Part shown: piece by piece, positions 18,125 through 26,298 of the stretch | Layout of the letters: each line of letters starts with the position of its first letter | How positions within the stretch are numbered: position 1 is the first letter of the stretch | Virus record (IMG/VR): IMGVR_UViG_3300011339_000101 | Coordinates: 1-31,798 of that record | DNA from: a virus | Taxonomy: Duplodnaviria; Caudoviricetes | Direction: 5' to 3' (one strand) | Length of the DNA stretch: 31,798 nt | Made by a program: the position numbers and the translations under genes | The notes under the pieces: generated by a model | What the model was told of the DNA's origin: nothing | The model's input: only the letters and a program-made list of their open reading frames with translations | Database searches by the model: none

Positions 18125-20299
18125 ATGGGATTGTTTGATGAATGGAAGAATAAAACTGATGCAGACAAACTGCAACAGAAGTACCTAACTGACTTTGAAA
18201 GAGGTAAAGTTAACAAAGCCAACGAACTTGCAGAAGGAATAATGCAATCTGTGCTTGAGTTAGGCACCAAAACTGGTTTAACAAAACAACAAACGCTTGA
18301 TAAATTCAATGCACAACTTGCCAAGCAACCTGATCGTTTGTCCTACGATAACAAAGTAATCGGGGCGGCAGGGGAAATTGTTGGCGAACTGATGATCGCT
18401 GCACCCGCCTCAACGATGGGTTGGTTTGGCACTGGTGGGAAAGTTGCTCAAATCTTAAAGCAAGGTCTTTTTGGCGGTCTTTGGGAGGGCCTTACGAAGA
18501 CTGTTAAAGAGGGTGAAAGCCGTCAAGAAGCCGCTACTCAAGCTGGTTTAATTAGTGGTGGCGCAACTGCTGTTTTAGGTATTGCTGGAAGACCAATAGA
18601 GAAAGTCACTAACTTTGACTTCAAAAGCAACATTCAAGCAGTAAAAGACGCTTCTGCATCTCTTGGAATTAGTCCTAAATTGCTAGGCGACTTTACTGGT
18701 GATGATGCTACTCGTGCAGCTGAAGCGATGAACAGATTAAGGGCTGGTGGTGTTGCAGATCGTTTAAAGCAAAATGCCAAAGAACTTCAAAAAGCTGGCG
18801 GTACTGTAGAAAAAGCCATAACTGGTGGTGCTCAGTACTCAGGAAAAGCTGGTGAAAACATTGTTAAAGCTGTTGAAACAAACTACACAAACGCTACAAA
18901 AGAAGGCAATAAACTTTATGAAAAGTTAGATGTTCTTGCTAGACAAAATGATTTATCAAAGATTCGTCCTACTGAGACTGAAGCGGCTGTTGATAAAGTA
19001 ATTTCAGAATATGGCGATCTTTTTAAAGTTCTTGAAAGACCTGATTTACAAAACAAACTAACGTCTTTTGGTACAAAATTGGGTAAAGAAGAGGTTAAAC
19101 AAGAAGCTGGACTAATTGTTAGCGAAGGTGGAAAACCATTTATTCCTGAAATTAAAGGGCCAGTAGATTTTACTTTTTCTGATATTCGTAAAGCACGAGA
19201 AGGTTTAACTGATGCTTTGTCAGTTGCCAAGGCGCAGAATAAGTTTGGTGCTAAAGAAACAACTCGTTTGAACGAAGTTTTAGAGGCAATGGACAGAGAT
19301 ATTGAAAAATGGGGTCAGTCTTTGACTCAAAATCAATCTGTTTCTGATGCTTTCCAATCAGCTCGATCATTCTGGAGAGGAAATGTTATTCCTTTGCGTG
19401 ATGCTGATTTGGCAGTTGCAATGATCAAAGATCCAAACTCAGGTGAATTGAAGACTGATATATCCAAGCTTGTAGGTAGGATTGTTTCTGCTGAATCAAC
19501 TGGTCAAGAGGGTGCAAAACGGGCGGCAATGATGATTTCTAAAGTTTTGCCATCTGATATTAAACAAGATGTAGCTGCGGCAACCTTTGCAACTGCTAGA
19601 AAAGAAGCTACTGATGTTGGAACGGGAGAATTTAATCCAATTAAGTTTTCCACATTCTTGCAATCAAGAAAAACCAACTTACAACCATTTGTTGATGAAA
19701 ACTTAGATACTTTGCTCAACAAATACAGCTTCCTAACAAGTTCTATGACTCGTCAGGCGGCAGGTTCTGGATTAGATGAGGCTGTAACGCAAGGTATGCG
19801 TGTTGGTGTTGGTGCGGCAGTTGGTGGTGCGCCAGGTGCGGCTATTGCGGCAGTTCCTGTTAACAGAGCTATAGAAGCCCTATCAAGATCCGTATTTGAT
19901 ACAAAAGCTGGTCGTTCAGTTATGTTATCTGCCAAATCACTTGATGATTTGCGTCCTTTGGTAACTGGTGGTGTGGTTTCAACTCCTGGTGAGCAAACTG
20001 TTGAGCAACAGCCACCAGAAGCGCCAATGCAATGGGTTATGCCACCAGAGTTGGAAACCGCGCCTACTGAATTACCAAAATGGCAAATGCCAGCAGAACT
20101 TGGTGGTCAGCCGCCAGAGCCAACAGCAACAATTGATCAACAACGTCAAGCCATTTTTAATCAAGAATTGAAAGATTTGATGGGTAGATCAATGGCTCAA
20201 CAAAGTTCTAATGATCAGACTGGTTTAGACCGCACAACGAGAGACATCAATGCTTTATTAATGGAAGCTTCAAGGGCAAAAATCCCTCTTTCTTTTTAA
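18125..20299 (+). CDS. Putative ejection protein 3
   Basis: 724 aa, helical with Gly/Ala hydrophobic patches; AGGAG SD; synteny. Confidence 0.55.
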   Translation: MGLFDEWKNKTDADKLQQKYLTDFERGKVNKANELAEGIMQSVLELGTKTGLTKQQTLDKFNAQLAKQPDRLSYDNKVIGAAGEIVGELMIAAPASTMGWFGTGGKVAQILKQGLFGGLWEGLTKTVKEGESRQEAATQAGLISGGATAVLGIAGRPIEKVTNFDFKSNIQAVKDASASLGISPKLLGDFTGDDATRAAEAMNRLRAGGVADRLKQNAKELQKAGGTVEKAITGGAQYSGKAGENIVKAVETNYTNATKEGNKLYEKLDVLARQNDLSKIRPTETEAAVDKVISEYGDLFKVLERPDLQNKLTSFGTKLGKEEVKQEAGLIVSEGGKPFIPEIKGPVDFTFSDIRKAREGLTDALSVAKAQNKFGAKETTRLNEVLEAMDRDIEKWGQSLTQNQSVSDAFQSARSFWRGNVIPLRDADLAVAMIKDPNSGELKTDISKLVGRIVSAESTGQEGAKRAAMMISKVLPSDIKQDVAAATFATARKEATDVGTGEFNPIKFSTFLQSRKTNLQPFVDENLDTLLNKYSFLTSSMTRQAAGSGLDEAVTQGMRVGVGAAVGGAPGAAIAAVPVNRAIEALSRSVFDTKAGRSVMLSAKSLDDLRPLVTGGVVSTPGEQTVEQQPPEAPMQWVMPPELETAPTELPKWQMPAELGGQPPEPTATIDQQRQAIFNQELKDLMGRSMAQQSSNDQTGLDRTTRDINALLMEASRAKIPLSF

Positions 20300-20320
20300 C
20301 AATCAAACAAGAGTAGTACC

Positions 20321-20809
20321 ATGATTGATCCAGTCAGCGCTCTAGCAGGGATTCAAAGTGCTGTAAAACTGATTAAACAGGCTTCTAAGACTGTTGATGA
20401 TGTTGCTTCACTTGGGCCACTACTAGGTAAGTATTTCAATGCCAAGAGTGAGGCTACGAAGGCTGTTGTAGAGTCCAAGAAGAAGGGTGGCTCTAGCATG
20501 GGTATGGCTATCGAGATTGAGATGGCTCTTGAGCAGACCCGTGAGTTTGAGAAAGAACTTCAGATGTTGTTCTTTCAGGCTAATAAGATGGATGTCTGGG
20601 CGAAGATCAAGGCTCGTGCTTCTGCGATGGATGTACAAGAAGCCCACAATGCTCGTAAAGAGAAAGAAGCCCTTGCTCGTAAGAAAAAGCAAGAACAAGA
20701 AGACTTAGAACTAGGTCTAATGCTTGGTGGACTACTTTTAGTGGTTATTCTTTCTGCTTATGGCATCTATGAGGTGCTAGAGCATTGTGCAAAGGTTAGG
20801 TGTGGATAA
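20321..20809 (+). CDS. Coiled-coil protein with C-terminal transmembrane helix
   Basis: LGLMLGGLLLVVILSAYGIY hydrophobic segment. Confidence 0.75.
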   Translation: MIDPVSALAGIQSAVKLIKQASKTVDDVASLGPLLGKYFNAKSEATKAVVESKKKGGSSMGMAIEIEMALEQTREFEKELQMLFFQANKMDVWAKIKARASAMDVQEAHNARKEKEALARKKKQEQEDLELGLMLGGLLLVVILSAYGIYEVLEHCAKVRCG

Positions 20810-20958
20810 TGAACTTCTATCAGAAGCAAGCAGATATGTGCTTCAAGATAGTGGGTTATACATGGGGAGCAATGCTGTTCTTTGACATTATGAAAATTCT
20901 CCCTAACTTCTTGTCAGACAGAATCATGAACGCTCTGCTAGAAAAGTTGCCAATATGA
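20809..20958 (+). CDS. Small hydrophobic protein (49 aa), not in ORF track
   Basis: MNFYQKQADMCFKIVGYTWGAMLFFDIMKILPNFLSDRIMNALLEKLPI; fills the gap exactly with TAATG and ATGA overlaps. Confidence 0.7.
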   Translation: MNFYQKQADMCFKIVGYTWGAMLFFDIMKILPNFLSDRIMNALLEKLPI

Positions 20959-21164
20959 GATATTTACTTTTGTTATCAGCAGTACTTTTATCTGGTTGCT
21001 TTGACGACAGATACAGGTACTTTTGCCAAAATCCTGATAACTTTGTTCATGCCAACTGTCAGAAACCGAAGTGTCTGTTCACCCAGACTTGTCCTGAATA
21101 TCTAGTAGCACCAATTCTTGAAAAAAAGGTTAACGATGTCCAAGAACCAAAGACCAACAATTGA
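20955..21164 (+). CDS. Cys-rich lipoprotein
   Basis: Signal peptide with lipobox LSGC; four further Cys. Confidence 0.8.
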   Translation: MRYLLLLSAVLLSGCFDDRYRYFCQNPDNFVHANCQKPKCLFTQTCPEYLVAPILEKKVNDVQEPKTNN

Positions 21165-21621
21165 AGAAGTAGAGACCTATGTTTGGGGCTTTGTGGTCGT
21201 CATGGTCACATTGATTCTTTGCTTTATTGTTGTTGCTTTGCTCTACTCTGTCACCTTTGTGACACAACCTATCAAGAGCATGGCCCCAATAGATATGGCC
21301 TACACCAAGATGCTGAACGACATTGTTCTGCTTATCGTGGGTGGTATTGGTGGTGTTATCGGTAAGAAGGGTGTTGGAACGGCTGTAAACGCCATACAGA
21401 ACGCTGTTTCGCCTCCACCCACACCTACCCCGCCTCCACCGCCTCCTGTGGCTCAAAACACTTGGACTTCTACATCGCCAGCACCTAACTGGCTGAACTT
21501 CAAGAACCCTGATTTAGATGAATCTTGGACACCACCACCACCCCCGACTACACCTCCAGATTTGTTAGAACCAGATCACGAGCGTGAGCAATTGGCGATG
21601 GCTAGAAAAGAGGTTGGATAA
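21136..21621 (+). CDS. Two-TM membrane protein with Pro-rich tail (holin candidate)
   Basis: Two hydrophobic segments; poly-Pro tracts; AAGGT SD before ATG 21136. Confidence 0.65.
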   Translation: MSKNQRPTIEEVETYVWGFVVVMVTLILCFIVVALLYSVTFVTQPIKSMAPIDMAYTKMLNDIVLLIVGGIGGVIGKKGVGTAVNAIQNAVSPPPTPTPPPPPPVAQNTWTSTSPAPNWLNFKNPDLDESWTPPPPPTTPPDLLEPDHEREQLAMARKEVG

Positions 21622-22118
21622 TGTTTGGCATACCACTTCCTTGGGTTTTAGTTGGTCTTTGTATTACTCTGTTTGGTACTTACCGAGGTGGTTATCACTT
21701 TGGTTGGTCAGACAGAGACAAGGAAATGCAGATCGAGATCGCCAGGAAGAACGAAGAATCTCGCCAGACAGAACAGAAACTTAACGAGCAATTAAACACT
21801 ACTGCCAGTAAACTTTTGGAGGTTAACAATGTTGTCAATCAGAAACAGTCTGCTCTTGATCGTGCTATTCGGGATGGTCGGGTGCGGCTCCCCACCGCCA
21901 GTTGTGTACAAGCCCCCACAAATACCCCCGTTGCCACCACAGATACAAAAGCAACCCGTGAACCTGACAGAGCGCCTGACGAACCTTCTGATGCCGAAAG
22001 AGCAACCCTCCAAGCCATCGCAGAAATAGTGGCGGCTGGTGATCGGAATACTGCTGCACTCAATGCTTGCGTTGATTCTTACAATCAAATGAGAGATTTG
22101 TTAAATGGTAACAAGTGA
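21621..22118 (+). CDS. Rz: Inner-membrane spanin (Rz-like)
   Basis: N-terminal TM, coiled coil, GRVRL motif, C-terminal LNAC; adjacent to the endolysin. Confidence 0.8.
   Translation: MFGIPLPWVLVGLCITLFGTYRGGYHFGWSDRDKEMQIEIARKNEESRQTEQKLNEQLNTTASKLLEVNNVVNQKQSALDRAIRDGRVRLPTASCVQAPTNTPVATTDTKATREPDRAPDEPSDAERATLQAIAEIVAAGDRNTAALNACVDSYNQMRDLLNGNK
21829..22029 (+). CDS. Rz1: Outer-membrane spanin lipoprotein (Rz1-like) embedded in Rz, +1 frame
   Basis: GGAGG SD; hydrophobic signal ending MVGC; Pro-rich mature part. Confidence 0.8.
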   Translation: MLSIRNSLLLIVLFGMVGCGSPPPVVYKPPQIPPLPPQIQKQPVNLTERLTNLLMPKEQPSKPSQK

Positions 22119-22701
22119 CCAACTCAAACAACTGCACATTGGTGAACAATGGGTGGATGCGCTTAACGAGACTTTCGTTCGTTTTGACATTATGAATCCG
22201 CTTAGAAAAGCCGCTTTTATTGGTCAGGCTAGTCACGAAAGTGGCAACTTTAAGATGCTAGTTGAGAATTTGAATTATCGTGCTGAAACTTTGATGAAGG
22301 TGTGGCCTAAAAGATTCCCAACACTAGAGTTTGCCAAGCAATATGAGCGTGACCCAAAGAAGATTGCTAACTCTGTTTATGCCAACAGGATGGGCAACAG
22401 GGATGAGGCTTCTGGGGATGGGTATCGTTTCCGAGGCAGAGGTCTTTTCCAAACTACAGGCCATGCAGGGTACTTCCACGCAGGAAAAGCACTAGGAGAG
22501 GACTTTGTGATGAATCCAGACCTAGTGGCTACTCCAATGTATGCGGCGCTGACGGCGGGCTTTTTCTGGGACACCCACAAGCTAAACCAGTATGCTGATT
22601 CTCGTGACTACAAGACCATGACTAAAAAAATCAACGGCGGTTTTATAGGTTTGGCAGACAGAGAAAAGCACATTGCCCATGCTCTCTCCGTCCTTACTTA
22701 A
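22105..22701 (+). CDS. Endolysin, glycoside hydrolase family 19
   Basis: AAFIGQASHES, ENLNY, YRFRGRGLFQTTG, KKINGG motifs. Confidence 0.93.
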   Translation: MVTSDQLKQLHIGEQWVDALNETFVRFDIMNPLRKAAFIGQASHESGNFKMLVENLNYRAETLMKVWPKRFPTLEFAKQYERDPKKIANSVYANRMGNRDEASGDGYRFRGRGLFQTTGHAGYFHAGKALGEDFVMNPDLVATPMYAALTAGFFWDTHKLNQYADSRDYKTMTKKINGGFIGLADREKHIAHALSVLT

Positions 22702-22949
22702 CCTTTCATTCTTCTTACAAAGGTGGCAAAGCTAAATGCTGTGTCGCCAAAGGGTTTCATCTTGTCAAACTCTAGGGCTACCTCTTCTAGCGTTCTCCTT
22801 CTAACAGGACAGTTTCTGCCTTGAACACAATCGTATGTGCAGCAGTCCATACCACTAGATTTGCTTGCTCTTAGGATTTGCTTACCAAGGTTAGATTGTT
22901 TCTCTACCTCGTTAAAGGCTTCATCTTCTTCAGGTGTCCATTGAGTCAT
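22698..22949 (-). CDS. Hypothetical protein with Cys cluster (CCTYDCVQGRNCP)
   Basis: AAGGAG SD; coupled to upstream gene. Confidence 0.75.
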   Translation of the reverse strand: MTQWTPEEDEAFNEVEKQSNLGKQILRASKSSGMDCCTYDCVQGRNCPVRRRTLEEVALEFDKMKPFGDTAFSFATFVRRMKG

Positions 22950-23275
22950 GTTTTCTCCTTGAGTTTCTTTTGCTCATACCACCACTCAAATGTGGTTTCA
23001 CCTTGAACTTTCATTGCCTCTTCTAATGCCCAATCTACATTATTCTTTAACTGTAATAATTGGTCATGGCGTAAAATACGATAATCCTCATCTGCATCGA
23101 CAACAAATTTGAGTGATCTAGCGCTGGTTAATACCTCTTCAAATCCCTCATCCCATTCTGTCATGTCAAACCAACCAAGATATTCAAACATATCTTCTTG
23201 GAATCCAATTACATACCATCGTACTTTTCCATCTTTATGGGGTATCCCATATTCTTCAGTCATCCAATCAGTCAT
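22946..23275 (-). CDS. Hypothetical acidic/aromatic protein
   Basis: AAGGAG SD; ATGA overlaps. Confidence 0.75.
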   Translation of the reverse strand: MTDWMTEEYGIPHKDGKVRWYVIGFQEDMFEYLGWFDMTEWDEGFEEVLTSARSLKFVVDADEDYRILRHDQLLQLKNNVDWALEEAMKVQGETTFEWWYEQKKLKEKT

Positions 23276-23496
23276 GTGTTCTTCTCCTTAACCCAAGTAC
23301 AGGCAAAACAAACCTTCATCATCCAACGCACAAACCAGTTTGGTTCGCATCCTTTTTTGGGAATGTATTTAATACCATCATTGACCTCTGGTTTGTTGCC
23401 AAACATATAGCAAGCCCAATCAGACCTTTCGGGTATGTGGAACTTGTATGCACCCTCTGCTCGGTAGATGTCAGCCCCGTTTGAGTGTTCATCCAT
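23272..23496 (-). CDS. Hypothetical protein (PNWFVRWM motif)
   Basis: Start moved to ATG 23496 behind AAGGAG SD. Confidence 0.7.
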   Translation of the reverse strand: MDEHSNGADIYRAEGAYKFHIPERSDWACYMFGNKPEVNDGIKYIPKKGCEPNWFVRWMMKVCFACTWVKEKNT

Positions 23497-23689
23497 GGTT
23501 CTTCTCCTTGAGTTTGGCCTCAACAGCTTTGGCAAAATCCTTGTAGAAGTACATTGGGTTCATTTGAAGATGAATTTGCTCATATTCAGCATCTGTTAGA
23601 CCAACCCAAGGGCGCTTCTTTTTCCCGTCAAATAAGCCATCTATGTAAGCATATGCCATGCTTTGTAACTCTTTTCTCTCTTTACTCAT
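23489..23689 (-). CDS. Hypothetical protein (WVGLTDAE...AVEAKLKEKN)
   Basis: Start moved to ATG 23689 behind AGGAG SD; motif resembles small phage accessory proteins. Confidence 0.75.
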   Translation of the reverse strand: MSKERKELQSMAYAYIDGLFDGKKKRPWVGLTDAEYEQIHLQMNPMYFYKDFAKAVEAKLKEKNHG

Positions 23690-23847
23690 TTCTTCTCCTG
23701 CAAAGAGATAGGCATATAGATGCAAGCCTTGTCCTTGCTGTTGACGCAAGAAACATGAAGTACATCCTTTAAACCATAGCGCTTACAGTTCTTGCACTTG
23801 GCATCAGGCTCTTTTGGTAAACAACCAATAATCTTGAAGCCAATCAT
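23686..23847 (-). CDS. Small Cys-rich protein (53 aa), not in ORF track
   Basis: MIGFKIIGCLPKEPDAKCKNCKRYGLKDVLHVSCVNSKDKACIYMPISLQEKK; AGGAG SD; ATGA overlaps on both sides. Confidence 0.72.
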   Translation of the reverse strand: MIGFKIIGCLPKEPDAKCKNCKRYGLKDVLHVSCVNSKDKACIYMPISLQEKK

Positions 23848-24017
23848 TTCACTCTCCTGAATTCAACCTTCTCTGGTGGAGGCGGTAGCATCTTCTCTGA
23901 GGGTGGAGTCCAACCATGCTTTCTCCATAGTGCCTGGACATCCGATCCTGACTCCCACTTGAAGTCTTTCAGGGGAGTAGATGGATAACTGATTTTGGAA
24001 TGTGGAGGAAGTGTCAT
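23844..24017 (-). CDS. Small Pro-rich protein (57 aa), not in ORF track
   Basis: MTLPPHSKISYPSTPLKDFKWESGSDVQALWRKHGWTPPSEK...; ATGA overlaps on both sides. Confidence 0.72.
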   Translation of the reverse strand: MTLPPHSKISYPSTPLKDFKWESGSDVQALWRKHGWTPPSEKMLPPPPEKVEFRRVK

Positions 24018-24343
24018 TTTGTGGCCTTCATAACCCGTTGGTTTCTGCCTGATTTACCAGCTCGAACACCAGTAATCTCAATGAATCCCTTGTCTAACAG
24101 AGACTTGTATCGTGCTGTTATGGAGGAATATGGGTACTGAGGGAACATTGCCAGTACATCGTCTGAAATACACCCATCAGGAAAGCCTTTAATGGCCTCG
24201 TAGACCATGCTCTCTATCTTGGCGCTATCTACCCCTTGGGCGGCTTGATGGCTCGTTATAGGGTCTTCTTTGCGTACCAACTTAAATGCTGGTTGACCAA
24301 AGAATCTGTCCATTGTTTGCTTCATATTATCAAAAATCATCAT
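24014..24343 (-). CDS. Winged-helix DNA-binding protein (putative)
   Basis: DPITSHQAA; SSITARYKSLLDKGFIE...GRNQRVM; AGGAG SD. Confidence 0.65.
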   Translation of the reverse strand: MMIFDNMKQTMDRFFGQPAFKLVRKEDPITSHQAAQGVDSAKIESMVYEAIKGFPDGCISDDVLAMFPQYPYSSITARYKSLLDKGFIEITGVRAGKSGRNQRVMKATK

Positions 24344-24358
24344 TAACTCCTATTGGGT

Positions 24359-24419
24359 GGGGTACTCGCTGCGTCCAAGTTCGTCCGACATTTCTGTCGC
24401 AAGGCATCCGCTTTCCCCC
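24359..24419 (-). ncRNA. Candidate structured RNA with loop-E motif and GNRA hairpin
   Basis: GGGG-GAA-AGC...CGACA-GAAA-UGUCG...GC-G-AGUA-CCCC on the - strand. Confidence 0.55.
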
Positions 24420-24441
24420 GTTAAACATCAAAATGGCAGAC

Positions 24442-24915
24442 TTATTCATATATTGGCTTGTTTGATCTATGCCATATATGATGGCATTTAACGCAGAGCC
24501 ATCTAACTTCCAAAGGTTTTGTATAGTCGTCATGATGAGCTTGCACTAAATGTGTTGATTTGCAAATTGAGCATGAATCAGATTTTTGAAGTTTTCCATC
24601 TCGTATGTAGTTTCTTGTTATTACATGAGCCGCATACTTTAATGGATACCTTTTTTTATATGATTCACTTGCTTTTCTTCTTACCTGTTTTCCTTGATCT
24701 GTTTTCTGATAATTAAGTCTTGCTTCTACTCTGTGTGGAAGTTTTGACCTTTTTTTATCGTACTCTTTGATCTTTTCAAGATTTTCATATCTATGTTTTT
24801 TTATCCTATTTTTTACGCATTCAGTACATTTATTCAAATGTCCATCAGCCATCTTAGGATGTTTGTAAAACTCAGAAAAAGGCTTTTCTTGTTTGCAATC
24901 ACGACATACCTTCAT
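24442..24915 (-). CDS. Zn-binding HNH-like endonuclease
   Basis: N-terminal CRDC...CTEC; C-terminal CSIC...AHHDDY...WLCVKCH; AT-rich relative to neighbours. Confidence 0.8.
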   Translation of the reverse strand: MKVCRDCKQEKPFSEFYKHPKMADGHLNKCTECVKNRIKKHRYENLEKIKEYDKKRSKLPHRVEARLNYQKTDQGKQVRRKASESYKKRYPLKYAAHVITRNYIRDGKLQKSDSCSICKSTHLVQAHHDDYTKPLEVRWLCVKCHHIWHRSNKPIYE

Positions 24916-24924
24916 AACTTCTCC

Positions 24925-24959
24925 TTTAGAATGGTATGCCGCTAATATACCATACTAAA
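24925..24959 (-). promoter_or_regulatory. Hairpin abutting the HNH RBS and containing an extended -10-like element
   Basis: - strand TTTAG-t-ATGGTAT-attagcggc-ATACCAT-t-CTAAA then GGAG; TGgTATATT lies within it. Confidence 0.55.
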
Positions 24960-25197
24960 ATGGCATATCGTCTGAATCAAAGTTGGTCGCTTTAGACCTC
25001 TCTGATGGACGCTGTTGTTCTTTTGGAGACAATGCCAAGCCCATGAACTTGCCACTCTTTCCCTCTTTAATCCATGCAGACAGCCAGTAATCCTGACCAT
25101 TTACAGTAATATTTCCTTTGTAATCAGGCGCACGATCGTTTTCTTTTTTATCTGATCGGAACAAAACACCACTGTTATCACGCTTTTCCATTTTCAT
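24955..25197 (-). CDS. Small SSB-like protein
   Basis: Beta-rich core (PDYKG...YWLSAW), acidic DSDDMPF C-terminus, next to a recombinase. Start may be 25191. Confidence 0.65.
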   Translation of the reverse strand: MKMEKRDNSGVLFRSDKKENDRAPDYKGNITVNGQDYWLSAWIKEGKSGKFMGLALSPKEQQRPSERSKATNFDSDDMPF

Positions 25198-25679
25198 ACT
25201 CCTTTGTATGTCAATCCATTTAAAACTCGTCTGATTGTTGTTGCAGACACTTGAAATTGATTCGATAGTTTGTCTACAGAATCATTTATTAACCTAGATT
25301 GACGAATAGTCTTAATCATCTCATCAGTTAATTTGGCAGCACCATTTTTTGATCCAATGGTTGCAGTTCCATGCTTAATAGCATCGGAAACATTTTCTTT
25401 TCGTGTTCCCCATCTTAGATTCTCAAGTCGGTTATCTAATCTATTGCCATTGATATGCAACACTTCGCAACCATCTGGACATTTGCCCACAAAAGCATGA
25501 AGTAGTAATCGGTGTTTGTAATAGGTTTTTGTTTTGTTATTTATTGAAAAACTAACAACTTCATAACCTATTGATCCAACAGTAAACTTTTTTTCTTTGC
25601 CATTTCTCCATAATCGACCATCTCTGGAAATAAATGTGTTTGGTAAAAAATCTATTGGGCGTATGTCTTCACTTTCCAT
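25194..25679 (-). CDS. HNH homing endonuclease with C-terminal HTH
   Basis: HRLLLHAFVG...HINGNRLDNRLENLRWGTRKEN; AKLT...LSNQFQVSATTIRRV. Confidence 0.92.
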   Translation of the reverse strand: MESEDIRPIDFLPNTFISRDGRLWRNGKEKKFTVGSIGYEVVSFSINNKTKTYYKHRLLLHAFVGKCPDGCEVLHINGNRLDNRLENLRWGTRKENVSDAIKHGTATIGSKNGAAKLTDEMIKTIRQSRLINDSVDKLSNQFQVSATTIRRVLNGLTYKGV

Positions 25680-26288
25680 TCATAACTCCTTAGCCTTTTT
25701 CAAAGCAGAACGCACTTTACTTGGTAGGAGTGTCCACAAGGCGATCTTTTGTTGATCGTCTAGGTTCTCTCCCTCTAACTTCTCCCAAGCTGACTTGGGA
25801 TCACCTTGCTCACACATCGCAATCAAATCGACTGCCATCTCTTGCAAGTACTGTAATTCCTCTGGAGGAATATTGTCTGTTGCACCCTGAGTAGGCGTAA
25901 TCACTACTGATTTACCCTCTTCGGGGACGTCTTCACCGCTATATAAATATAGACCAAGTCCATGAAGTGCTAAGGCTTTGGTCATGCAACGCATGATGGC
26001 TGTATTAACTGCAAAAGCATCAGGATTAGGGATAGCCTTGTTTCTGTAGTCCATCACAGGAAGTTGGCAGGTCATTGGTTTGCCAAACATGGTTGCTGTA
26101 ACGAAAACCATTGCCGTACCATTGATGTCCATGAAACACTTGTCGCCAAACATCTCTACCTTATAGGAGGCACTAGGATCAGCTTTAAGAGCCTCTGCCC
26201 ATGCCCAAGCCCATGACAGGTAGGACAGGTTGTTTTTCTTCTCAACGTGCTCATTGACGTTTTTCTTAAGCAATACTTCTATTGACAT
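25680..26288 (-). CDS. sak3: Sak3/DUF1071-like single-strand annealing protein
   Basis: LSYLSWAWAW, LPVMDYRNKAI, RCMTKALALHGLGLYLYSGED; AAGGAG SD before ATG 26288. Confidence 0.88.
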   Translation of the reverse strand: MSIEVLLKKNVNEHVEKKNNLSYLSWAWAWAEALKADPSASYKVEMFGDKCFMDINGTAMVFVTATMFGKPMTCQLPVMDYRNKAIPNPDAFAVNTAIMRCMTKALALHGLGLYLYSGEDVPEEGKSVVITPTQGATDNIPPEELQYLQEMAVDLIAMCEQGDPKSAWEKLEGENLDDQQKIALWTLLPSKVRSALKKAKEL

Positions 26289-26298
26289 ATTCACTCCT

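Noticed and set aside
24442-25679. HNH genes as intron-encoded ORFs
   Set aside because: Flanking genes are intact and there is no room for a group I intron core.
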